This document shows, in pieces, positions 9,759 to 18,017 of a stretch of DNA of 64,000 bases. The DNA is taken from NCBI GenBank assembly GCA_947503575.1, contig CANNDZ010000003.1, forward strand, positions 159,100-223,099, read 5' to 3'. Source of the stretch: an uncultured Kordiimonas sp. (GTDB lineage Bacteria > Pseudomonadota > Alphaproteobacteria > Sphingomonadales > Kordiimonadaceae). Numbering within the stretch: position 1 is the stretch's first letter; every line of letters begins with the position of its first letter. The notes under the pieces are model-generated. The model saw only the letters and a list, made by a program, of their open reading frames with translations, was not told the origin of the DNA and did not search any database. Both the position numbers and the translations under genes were made by a program.

Positions 9759-10232
9759 TCACGACTTGGTAGCGGTTTTACTGGTTCGCCTGGCGGGTGC
9801 TTTTCCCGAAGTCTTACTGGCAGTCTTTACGGCAGCTTTTCTGGGGGCTGGCTTCGGCTTGGAAACAGCAGCCAAAATGGCGTCAATTTTTTGCTCCAGT
9901 ACGTCCAGTCGTTCTTCGATACGCTCGATGTTTTCCTGCTGGTCCGCCGTGGCTTCCGATATACCAAGCGCCGCTTTCATCCGCTCCATCCGGTCTTCGA
10001 CCTGAGCGCGCTGTTTTTCAGCAAATTCCGGCACGTAAGCTTTGGCAACCCCGGCAACTTTGCCTTCAAGTTCTTCGCCTTTGCCTACCAGGTCCTCAAA
10101 AATCTTCGTCGTCTCCCGACCCATTTTTGCATAAGCCTCGGTTGCATCCCCAACAGCACGACCATAGGCACCAATACCCGCCAACCAAATCTTGCGGGCA
10201 ATATCTTTGTCTTTTCTGGTTTTGTCGGTCAT
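9759..10232 (-). CDS. Phasin family protein (PhaF/PhaI-like) with coiled coil and short basic tail
   Basis: ARKIWLAGIGAY and FEDLVGKGEELE match the PhaI/PhaF granule-binding motif; ATG at 10232 has a GGAGG RBS (ORF track start 10244). Confidence 0.85.
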   Translation of the reverse strand: MTDKTRKDKDIARKIWLAGIGAYGRAVGDATEAYAKMGRETTKIFEDLVGKGEELEGKVAGVAKAYVPEFAEKQRAQVEDRMERMKAALGISEATADQQENIERIEERLDVLEQKIDAILAAVSKPKPAPRKAAVKTASKTSGKAPARRTSKTATKS

Positions 10233-10284
10233 TTCAGCCTCCACAAATCATGACCCGCCTTATGGCTTGTCATCACATCAATAT

Positions 10285-10339
10285 CACGTCGAGCACGGTC
10301 TATGTCGAACGCCGTTATGTCGAATACAGTTATGTCGAA
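10285..10339. repeat. Three 15-bp-period direct repeats (TATGTCGAA core) plus one degenerate copy
   Basis: TATGTCGAA at 10301, 10316 and 10331; CACGTCGAG at 10285. Confidence 0.85.
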
Positions 10340-11172
10340 TAGAGGGCATCCTGGGCGTAATCATCAGCGTGGTCGTCGAGGTACCGTGCGATAATCGGCA
10401 CAACTTGATGAGCACGAGAAACAGCAAACAAATGCCCGCCGCCCTTTACAATATTCAGGTCTGCACGGGGTATAGCCGCCTTCAAAATACGGGAATTGGC
10501 AAGCGGCACAATATTGTCCCGATCACCGGACATAACCAACGTCGGTTGTTTTAAAAACGGCAGCCTGTGCAAACTTGTCCACCCAGCCATTGCCATCAAT
10601 TGGTACAAGTAACCGCGCTTGGTCGGCGGGATAATACGGTTCTTGTGGCTAACGGCGGTTTTATCCGCTGCGTCCCCATACAGGGTTTCAAAGTTCTTGA
10701 GCATATAGTCTGTGTCAATATAACGGCGCGGGTTACCCATTTTACTCAGGGCACTGAAGTTACCCGGCACCATTGCCATACCGGCACTTGTTGCGAGCAA
10801 TACCAAGCTTCTAACCCGGTCCGGGTTACTAATGGCAAATTGCTGTGCGGCACCGCCGCCCCACGACACACCCATAACGTCCACATCAGCGTAGCCAAAC
10901 TCATCCAGAAGCTGATTTGACCATTTAACAATCGTAGAAGGCCTGTATGGCACGGTTGGTGCGGGGGACCCGCCAATGCCCGGCATGTCAAACACAATAA
11001 CATCCGAGCGTTCGCTCATCATTTCACCGAGCGGGGCAACCAGTTCAAGGTTGGCACCAATACCATTGAAAAACATAATCGGGCGTTTGTTACCCCCGGC
11101 GCGCCACCGGGCGGTGCGCAACGTCTGACGGCCTACCTTGACAAGGTTAACCTCTGGCTCGATAGCGGCCAT
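10330..11172 (-). CDS. phaZ: Intracellular PHA depolymerase (Pseudomonas PhaZ type)
   Basis: FNGIGANLEL, FDMPGIGGS, lipase box GVSWGG, GWTSLH, GDRD, GGHLF; ATG at 11172 has a GAGGAG RBS. Confidence 0.9.
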   Translation of the reverse strand: MAAIEPEVNLVKVGRQTLRTARWRAGGNKRPIMFFNGIGANLELVAPLGEMMSERSDVIVFDMPGIGGSPAPTVPYRPSTIVKWSNQLLDEFGYADVDVMGVSWGGGAAQQFAISNPDRVRSLVLLATSAGMAMVPGNFSALSKMGNPRRYIDTDYMLKNFETLYGDAADKTAVSHKNRIIPPTKRGYLYQLMAMAGWTSLHRLPFLKQPTLVMSGDRDNIVPLANSRILKAAIPRADLNIVKGGGHLFAVSRAHQVVPIIARYLDDHADDYAQDALYST

Positions 11173-11305
11173 ATATACTCTCTCCTCAATATGATGCGCC
11201 TTATGCTTTGTGCTGACTGCAGCACCGCGCATCTCTTCCGCCCCAAACGCTCCCAACGCCTGTAGCGGTCGCTTCCCTACTTTTATAGATAAGACTTTTT
11301 AGGAC

Positions 11306-12988
11306 TTATCCAAATACATATGTGCCCGGCGCATCGGCGAGCGGCTTGTATTTCGTGTTACCAAGCCGGTTTGGTGCCGCTTTTTCCTTGCCGGACCTCT
11401 CCTTCAGCCACCCGGACCAAGGCGTCCACCAGGAACCATCCTTCAACTCCGCGCCCGCCATCCAGTCGTCTGCGCTGCCGCCCATACCGTCCGGATTATG
11501 AAAATATTTCGCTTTCGGATTGCCGGGTGGGTTCAGCAGAGACTGGATATGCCCGCTATTGGACACGAAGAATTCGTTTTTACCGCCAAGCAGCTTGGAT
11601 GTGCGGAAACAGGCGCGCCACGGCGTTATATGGTCTGTAACCCCAGCAACAATAAAGCTATCGTGCGTTACCTGCCCCAAATCAAGCTTGTGCCCTTTGA
11701 AGTCCACAGTACCAGGGTTGGCAAACGGTGCCGTCATGTAGCTATCCAGAAAATCTGAATGCAAACCTGCAGGCAAATTCGTAGTATCATTGTTCCAGAA
11801 CAAAATATCAAATGCGGGCGGCGCATCTCCCAGCAGGTAATTGTTGACCACATAATTCCAGATCAGATCGTTCGGGCGCATCCAGGCAAAAGTCCGCGAC
11901 AGATCGTCCCCCGACAAAATACCCTTTTGCGCCGAGCGCGCGCGCGCCAGTTCAAGCGTTTCTTCCGACACAAGCGCCCCGACCTCGCTGTCTTCCTGGC
12001 GTGGGTCAAGCACGCATACCTGGAACGTTGATGAGTTTACGCGGTCGTCGCCCATCGCCGCCAAATGGCTCAAGAGCGTTGCAACCGTTATGCCCCCCGA
12101 ACAGGCACCGGAGACGTTAATTTTTTTGGACCGGGTAACTTTCATGACGGCGTCCATCGCTTCGACAACCGCATCAATGTATGTTTCCAGATGCCAGTCT
12201 GCCTGCTCTACGCCGGGGTTGCGCCAGCTTATGGCGAACAGCTGTATGCCTTGCGACAACAAAAACCGGAACAGGCTTTTGTCAGGCGTAAGATCAGACG
12301 CGTAAAATTTGTTGATCTGCGGCGGGATGATCATCAGCGGAATTTCATGCACTTTATCTGTCGTCGGCGTGTATTGGATCACTTCTAGCACTTCGCTGCG
12401 GAAAACTACCGAGCCTGGTGTTGTGGCCAGGTTTTCACCAACCTTGAACGGCCTGCTGTCGACCTGAGATGGGATGCCGATCCCGTTGACCATGTCATTA
12501 TAGGCGTTTTTCAGGCCGGCGATAATGGACATACCCCCCGTTTCATAGAGGCGCTTCATTGCCGCTGGGTTGCCGATCAGCGAGTTGGTGGGCGCAAGCG
12601 CATCTGTCACAACATCAAGGATGAAATGGGCACGGGCGCGGTCCATCTCATCAATTTCAGCTTCACTCAGCCAGTTATTCAGGTTTTCCTTCATTGCCAT
12701 CCAAGACTGCATACCCCTGCGGTACAAAGGGTTGAAGGCCCACGCGCGGTCTTGAAAGCGGCGATCTTTCGCATGGGGAGCATATTCGCTGTCCCCTTTC
12801 ACGATGTCGACCATATCCTTACCGTAGTTCAGGAAATGCTGACCAAATGTGGCTGGATTGGTTGCGGCTTGCTTGAGAACAACGCCTAATGACTTCACAA
12901 GCTCTGACCGGTGAACGCCAACAATTGGGCTGAAGGCCGTTGTTGCTTCTGCGGCGCGCTCGCCGACGGATTTTTTGGACCGTGCCAT
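11306..12988 (-). CDS. phaC: Class II poly(3-hydroxyalkanoate) synthase
   Basis: 560 aa, PPQINKFY, catalytic GACSGG (C296), WMRPNDLIWNY, DHITPW, SGHIQS, APGTYV. Confidence 0.95.
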   Translation of the reverse strand: MARSKKSVGERAAEATTAFSPIVGVHRSELVKSLGVVLKQAATNPATFGQHFLNYGKDMVDIVKGDSEYAPHAKDRRFQDRAWAFNPLYRRGMQSWMAMKENLNNWLSEAEIDEMDRARAHFILDVVTDALAPTNSLIGNPAAMKRLYETGGMSIIAGLKNAYNDMVNGIGIPSQVDSRPFKVGENLATTPGSVVFRSEVLEVIQYTPTTDKVHEIPLMIIPPQINKFYASDLTPDKSLFRFLLSQGIQLFAISWRNPGVEQADWHLETYIDAVVEAMDAVMKVTRSKKINVSGACSGGITVATLLSHLAAMGDDRVNSSTFQVCVLDPRQEDSEVGALVSEETLELARARSAQKGILSGDDLSRTFAWMRPNDLIWNYVVNNYLLGDAPPAFDILFWNNDTTNLPAGLHSDFLDSYMTAPFANPGTVDFKGHKLDLGQVTHDSFIVAGVTDHITPWRACFRTSKLLGGKNEFFVSNSGHIQSLLNPPGNPKAKYFHNPDGMGGSADDWMAGAELKDGSWWTPWSGWLKERSGKEKAAPNRLGNTKYKPLADAPGTYVFG

Positions 12989-13072
12989 ACGTATTCCCTA
13001 TTCCTGAAAGACGCAGATGGCGCCTCATGTACTTCCTGCGCCATTGTGTCGAAGAAAAATCGGTTTCGCTAG

Positions 13073-13100
13073 AAAAAAACAAAGCGACCGAGGTCGCTTT
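13073..13100 (-). terminator. Intrinsic terminator downstream of the PhaF-like gene
   Basis: Minus strand AAAGCGACC-TC-GGTCGCTTT followed by GTTTTTTT. Confidence 0.8.
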
Positions 13101-13143
13101 GAGTTTCTGCCAGGTACAAAGCCCACGGCAGAATAGAGATAAT

Positions 13144-13193
13144 GGCTGACAGACCTACTCAGGGGAGGGGGGAAGGGACTAAGCCTGTCAGCC
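13144..13193 (-). ncRNA. Candidate 3'UTR RNA hairpin with a C-rich (anti-SD-like) loop
   Basis: Minus strand GGCTGACAGGCTTA / TAGGTCTGTCAGCC 14-bp stem (includes two G-U pairs) around the loop GTCCCTTCCCCCCTCCCCTGAG. Confidence 0.35.
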
Positions 13194-13226
13194 TATTAGA
13201 CCCGAAGGACTAATAATTCTTTTTAC

Positions 13227-13844
13227 TTATGACTTTACGTCAGTTTTTGCTTCAACTGCAGCAGCTTTAGGGTCTACTTTCGGCGCTGCCGCTTTTGGCG
13301 CAGCTGCTTTAGGAGCGGCCGCTTTTGGAGCAACAGCTTTCTTCGGCGCAGGTGCAGCCTTTTTAACCGCTGGCTTTGCGACCGCTTTCTTCGCAACTAC
13401 TTTTTTAGCAGCAGCTTTTTTCACAGCAGGTTTTGCAGCTGGTTTAGACGTATTCACTTTCCGGCTCAGCGCATTTACTGTTTTCGTCAGCTTTGCAACT
13501 TCGGCAGACAGCTCTTCCACACGGTTGTTTCCACCAGCGCGGTTAAACACTTTGTTGCCAGCTTCTGAAACTTTTTCGCTTACTTCGTTGAAGCGTGCAG
13601 TCACGTCGGTAACGCGAGGCTCTACGTAACCGCGAACTTTTTCGATGTTACCTTGGGCCATGCCTTCAACTTCTTCGCCTTTTTGAACCAGGTCTTCAAC
13701 CAGTTCATCGCGACCGTTCATAAGCTTGTTCACGCCTTCTTGGGCGAAATCAAAAGCTGATTTGTGAGCGCCGAGCCATGCAAGGTAACCCTGACGGTAA
13801 GCGCGGACGACTTTAGAGTTTTGAATGTTGTCCATAAGTGCCAT
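13227..13844 (-). CDS. Phasin-like protein with histone H1-like C-terminal tail (PhaF architecture)
   Basis: N-terminal RQGYLAWLGAHK...EDLVQKGEEVE, heptad RVEELSAEVAKLTKTVNAL, then a KPAAK/AKKAV/PKAAA repeat tail; ATG at 13844 with AAGGA RBS. Confidence 0.75.
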   Translation of the reverse strand: MALMDNIQNSKVVRAYRQGYLAWLGAHKSAFDFAQEGVNKLMNGRDELVEDLVQKGEEVEGMAQGNIEKVRGYVEPRVTDVTARFNEVSEKVSEAGNKVFNRAGGNNRVEELSAEVAKLTKTVNALSRKVNTSKPAAKPAVKKAAAKKVVAKKAVAKPAVKKAAPAPKKAVAPKAAAPKAAAPKAAAPKVDPKAAAVEAKTDVKS

Positions 13845-13927
13845 GATCAATTCCTTATCAAATATAATCGTGTTTTGCGTGAGCTTGACGCTTTTGCTTG
13901 TGCGCGACGCTCGTTTATCCTGAGATC

Positions 13928-13964
13928 AAAGTAGCGGGGAAAATTAGAAAGCGCATACTAGAGC
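13928..13964 (-). promoter_or_regulatory. Promoter with the conserved 21-bp box
   Basis: TTAGAAAGCGCATACTAGAGC at 13944-13964; minus strand ATGCGC-17bp-TACTTT. Confidence 0.6.
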
Positions 13965-14003
13965 GTTATTTTCCCCGATACCTTTTGTTGGTCGGGTGTC
14001 TGA

Positions 14004-14234
14004 TTACTCAGCTGTGCGACCGAAAAAACCGTTCACACGCTCACGAGCGCCGGTTTCAACCGCTTCACCTTTTTGAACCAGATCTTCGATCAATTCATCG
14101 CGACCGTTGATCAGCTTGTTCATGTTATCTTGCGCAAGCTCGAAAGCCGCTTTGTGAGCGCCGAGCCACGCCAAGTAGCCCTGACGGTAAGAGCGAACAA
14201 CCTGTGAGTTCTGAATGTCTTCCAAAATAGCCAT
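14004..14234 (-). CDS. Short phasin-like protein (76 aa), paralog of the N-terminal domain of 13227..13844
   Basis: YRQGYLAWLGAHK and NGRDEL(I/V)EDLVQKGE shared with the downstream paralog; AAGGA RBS. Confidence 0.75.
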   Translation of the reverse strand: MAILEDIQNSQVVRSYRQGYLAWLGAHKAAFELAQDNMNKLINGRDELIEDLVQKGEAVETGARERVNGFFGRTAE

Positions 14235-14331
14235 GATATAGTCCTTTCAATCGTCTCTTTGTTTTCAATGTAACCAACTGACTGTGTCGATTTGACTTGG
14301 TGCGCCGGTTGGTTCGTTAACCTTGAGATGG

Positions 14332-14368
14332 AATGTAAGGAAAAACTTTAGAAAGCGCATACTAGAGC
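14332..14368 (-). promoter_or_regulatory. Promoter with the identical 21-bp box
   Basis: TTAGAAAGCGCATACTAGAGC at 14348-14368; minus strand ATGCGC-17bp-TACATT. Confidence 0.6.
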
Positions 14369-14568
14369 AGAATTATTTATAAAATATAATTATTTCAGAT
14401 ACTTGCGGAATTTTACTGGCTTGTTCCATGTTTCTATCTGGGCGATACCCTCTCAAAACCGGTCAGATGACCAGCACCGGAGGCACCAATTCAAACGAAG
14501 GTTTACAGGAAAGCGCTTTGACATCGAAAGGCGGGTTGCTAGGTTTTCAATCGCTTGTCGGGCAAGGC

Positions 14569-14597
14569 AAAACAAACGTCACAGAAAACAAACGTCA
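14569..14597. repeat. 16-bp-period tandem duplication
   Basis: AAAACAAACGTCA at 14569 and 14585. Confidence 0.8.
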
Positions 14598-14612
14598 ACG
14601 TTAGGGGATATC

Positions 14613-17600
14613 ATGCAACGCGCTCTCACCTTTTTCCTATCTATATTTATGGTCAGTTCCAGCATTGGCGCCACAGACGGGTATTATCGTTCCCCTACCT
14701 TCCATGGAGACACGCTTGTCTTTGCTTCAGAAGGAGACCTTTGGCGCGCCCCTGCAGGCGGTGGCAAAGCCTACAGATTAACCACGCACCCTGAACTGGA
14801 ACGGGCCCCCAAACTTTCGCCAGATGGGCAATGGGTGGCATTTACCGCCAATTATGATGGGGCGATAGAAGCGTATGTGATGCCCATAGAGGGCGGTAGC
14901 CCAAAGCAGATAAGTTTTGACAGCAGCATTGTGTGGGTTAGGGGTTGGTCCCCTGATGGTCGCGTGCTGTACACAAGCGTAAACCGCAGCGGGGCAACCC
15001 CGCGCATTATGCGGCTTGTTAACCCACAGACACTGGAAACCGAGGAACTGCCGTTATCCGGCGCGACAAACGGCACCTTCACAGAAAATGGAGGCCAGTT
15101 TTATTTCAGCCGCTACGGCATGGAAATGAATAATGACAATGCCAAGCTGTACCGCGGGGGCGGCATGGCACAGCTTTGGCGCTTCAATACCCGCCGGCAA
15201 CGGGAAGCGGTTCGCCTGGCAGCCGATTTCGGTGCACCGCTGCGCCAGCCAATGTGGTGGAACGACAGAGTGTATTTTGTCTCGGACAAAAGCGGTAGTG
15301 GCAACATCTGGTCCGTGGATGAAGACGGCAACAGCCCCCGTCAACATACAAATCATGATGGTTGGGACGTGCGGGAAGCGTTTCTTCGTGACGGCAAAAT
15401 CATGTACCGCCTTGGGGCAGATATTCGGCTTTATGACACTGGTTCAGGCGCGGATAACGGCATCGAACTGGAACTTACCAGTGACCTTGATGCCAGCAGG
15501 GTCCGTTGGATTGAAAAGCCGCTGGACTATCTGACATCTGCACGGCTGGGTGGCGGTAAAGACCGTGTTGCCCTAACCGCACGGGGGAAAATTGCACTGG
15601 CCGGGCAAGGCCCGATGCGGCTTGTTGATTTCCGTCTGCCGGGCGGCGCGCGGGCCCGCAACGCCATTGCCAGTGCCGACATGGACTGGATTTATGCAAT
15701 TGTCGATAATGGCGAATTTGGTGAAATATGGCGCTATTCATCTAATGGCATAGGCGACGGGGAACAGCTGACCAGCGGCGCGAACACCAGACGCTGGCAG
15801 ATTTATGTATCCCCGGATGGTCAGTCTATTGTGCATAGTGACGGTGAGGAGCGCTTGTGGCTGCTGGATATCGAGTCCAAGGAAAGCACTCTCATAGAGC
15901 AAGTCAACAACGCACCTGGCAATGATGTCTTTGGTGGCGTCGCCTTCTCGAACGATGGCAGCTTGATTGCGTATCATCGAGGTGATCAACGTGGAAACTT
16001 CGGCATCTACTTGTACGACACAGCCACGGGAAGACGTGAAAAGGTTACCAGTTCAAAATACAATAGTTTCGCTCCCGCAGTCTCTAACGACGGCAAATGG
16101 CTTTATTTCCTGTCTGACCGCAACTTCAGGGCAACCCCGTCATCTCCGTGGGGTGACCGCAACATGGGGCCTCAGTTTGATAAACGCACAAAAATATATG
16201 CGTTAGCGCTTGTACCGGGCGAGAGGTTCCCCTTCCAGTCCAACGATGAGTTGGTCGAAAGCGCGGAAGATAAAGACGAGGATGACAAGGAAGAGGCGGA
16301 CCAGGACGAAGAAGATAAGCCCAAAGAGCCAAGCGTGATTTGGGATGGCCTGGCCAGCAGGCTGTATGAAGTACCCGTCAGCGCTGGCAACTACAGCGTT
16401 TTAGCGAGCGCCGATAGCTTCCTCTATATGCTCGACCGAAATGGTGGCGGGGCAGCCGCCATCAAAAGCCTCAAGATTGATAATAAAAAACCCAAGCTTG
16501 AAACCTTTGCGTCAGGTGTGCGTGATTTTGACCTGTCGGTGGACGGGAAAAACATCTTCTTTTCCAAGGGCAGCAGAAATTCAGGGCAGCTTTATATCGT
16601 AAAAGCCGGAGCAAAGGCCCCAAAGGATTTATCGGATGCTCAAATCCAAACCAAAAGCTGGAAGTTGGCAATTGATCCATCAAAGGAATGGCCGCAAATC
16701 TTTGTTGATGCCTGGCGTATGCACCGCGACTATTCCTTTGATCCCAAGATGCGCGGTCTTGATTGGACGGCCATAAGGGCTAAATACGAACCTTTGGTCA
16801 GCCGGGTTGGACACAGGGATGAACTGCATGACCTGATTGGCCAGATGACCAGCGAGCTTGGTATTCTGCATTCCCAAATTGGTGGTGGCGACCTGCCACA
16901 AGACCGTGAAGCCGGGACAGATGCATCGCTTGGTGCCGTCTTCGCGGCTCAGGGGGAAGGCATGCAGATCACGCACATCTATCAAACCGAGGATGACCTG
17001 CCGTCCTCGCGCGGGCCACTGGCCCTGCCCGGCGTAGACGCAGCGGTGGGTGATGTGTTGTTGTCCGTTAACGGGCAACCGGTTGCCGACCAGCGGGCGT
17101 TGCAACTCGCCCTGCGCGAACGGGCGGGTGAGCAAGTCCTGCTTGAGCTAAAGCGAGGCAGCGACGAACCGCATCATGTGATCGTAAAGCCGGTGCCCAT
17201 GCGCACGCACACCATGCTCCGCTACCATGACTGGGTGGAAAACAACGCTCAAAAAGTGCGGGCTGAACACGGGGATACTATTGGTTACCTGCACATCCGC
17301 GCTATGGGCGGCAATGACATTGCTGCCTTTGCCCGTGACTTTTACGAGCACTGGGATAAAGACGGCATCATCATTGATGTGCGCGGAAACCGGGGCGGCA
17401 ACATTGACAGCTGGCTGATCCAGACTTTCCTGCGCAAAGTCTGGGCCTTCTGGCATTTCAATGGCCGTGCCGTACCATACGGCAATATGCAACAAACATT
17501 CAGGGGTCATGTGACGGTTCTTATCGACCAGTCCACCTACTCTGACGGCGAAACCTTCGCCGCGGGCATGAAAGCGCTTGAGCTTGCCCCGCTTATTGGC

Positions 17601-17903
17601 ACCCGCACTGCGGGGGCTGGTATCTGGCTGTCTGATCGTAACCGACAGTCTGATGGCGGCATTGCCCGTATTGCAGAATCAGCGCAGTTTGGCATGGATG
17701 GCCGCTGGCTAATTGAAGGCCGGGGCGTTTTGCCAACGATCGAGGTAACCAACCCGCCATTTGCGGAATACAACGGCGAAGACCTGCAATTGCAAACAGC
17801 AATTGACTATTTGCTGGACAAAATTCGCAGCGAACCAATCCCACCACTTCAGGGGCAACCTCTGCCGCCGGTCGGGTCCTATGGCCGGGATATTGTCGAA
17901 TAA
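14613..17903 (+). CDS. Tricorn protease homolog (peptidase S41, PD40 propellers and PDZ)
   Basis: Signal peptide MQRALTFFL, LVFASEGDLW, PD40 repeats, acidic linker, QMTSELGILH, PDZ, DVRGNRGG, catalytic TYSDGE, GTRTAGAG; start refined to the ATG at 14613 (AGGGG RBS). Confidence 0.93.
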   Translation: MQRALTFFLSIFMVSSSIGATDGYYRSPTFHGDTLVFASEGDLWRAPAGGGKAYRLTTHPELERAPKLSPDGQWVAFTANYDGAIEAYVMPIEGGSPKQISFDSSIVWVRGWSPDGRVLYTSVNRSGATPRIMRLVNPQTLETEELPLSGATNGTFTENGGQFYFSRYGMEMNNDNAKLYRGGGMAQLWRFNTRRQREAVRLAADFGAPLRQPMWWNDRVYFVSDKSGSGNIWSVDEDGNSPRQHTNHDGWDVREAFLRDGKIMYRLGADIRLYDTGSGADNGIELELTSDLDASRVRWIEKPLDYLTSARLGGGKDRVALTARGKIALAGQGPMRLVDFRLPGGARARNAIASADMDWIYAIVDNGEFGEIWRYSSNGIGDGEQLTSGANTRRWQIYVSPDGQSIVHSDGEERLWLLDIESKESTLIEQVNNAPGNDVFGGVAFSNDGSLIAYHRGDQRGNFGIYLYDTATGRREKVTSSKYNSFAPAVSNDGKWLYFLSDRNFRATPSSPWGDRNMGPQFDKRTKIYALALVPGERFPFQSNDELVESAEDKDEDDKEEADQDEEDKPKEPSVIWDGLASRLYEVPVSAGNYSVLASADSFLYMLDRNGGGAAAIKSLKIDNKKPKLETFASGVRDFDLSVDGKNIFFSKGSRNSGQLYIVKAGAKAPKDLSDAQIQTKSWKLAIDPSKEWPQIFVDAWRMHRDYSFDPKMRGLDWTAIRAKYEPLVSRVGHRDELHDLIGQMTSELGILHSQIGGGDLPQDREAGTDASLGAVFAAQGEGMQITHIYQTEDDLPSSRGPLALPGVDAAVGDVLLSVNGQPVADQRALQLALRERAGEQVLLELKRGSDEPHHVIVKPVPMRTHTMLRYHDWVENNAQKVRAEHGDTIGYLHIRAMGGNDIAAFARDFYEHWDKDGIIIDVRGNRGGNIDSWLIQTFLRKVWAFWHFNGRAVPYGNMQQTFRGHVTVLIDQSTYSDGETFAAGMKALELAPLIGTRTAGAGIWLSDRNRQSDGGIARIAESAQFGMDGRWLIEGRGVLPTIEVTNPPFAEYNGEDLQLQTAIDYLLDKIRSEPIPPLQGQPLPPVGSYGRDIVE

Positions 17904-17919
17904 GGATATTGTCGAATAG
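17888..17919. repeat. 16-bp tandem duplication covering the stop codon
   Basis: GGATATTGTCGAATAA followed by GGATATTGTCGAATAG. Confidence 0.85.
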
Positions 17920-17952
17920 GAAGCAAAAAGAAACAGCCGTAAAAATGGATAG

Positions 17953-17977
17953 CCGCAGGACACACTCCTGCGGTTTT
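17953..17977 (+). terminator. Intrinsic terminator
   Basis: CCGCAGGA-CACAC-TCCTGCGG-TTTT. Confidence 0.75.
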
Positions 17978-18017
17978 CCTATGTCCCCCTACTGTCAATC
18001 GGGTTGCGACCCAAATC

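Noticed and set aside
10285-10339. Short repeats considered as a mini-CRISPR
   Set aside because: Units of 12-16 bp without unique spacers, and no cas genes; the same applies to 17888 and 27834
9579-10342. Overlapping 224-, 128- and 181-aa plus-strand ORFs
   Set aside because: Shadows of phaD and the phasin gene, which have RBSs and family motifs
14403-14612. ORF-track N-terminal extension of tricorn (similar cases at 27904, 31375, 47047, 50164, 11256)
   Set aside because: Downstream starts have RBSs and signal peptides or family N-termini; the extensions cross terminators or other genes
16255-16325. Acidic low-complexity stretch in tricorn
   Set aside because: Ordinary linker in bacterial tricorn homologs
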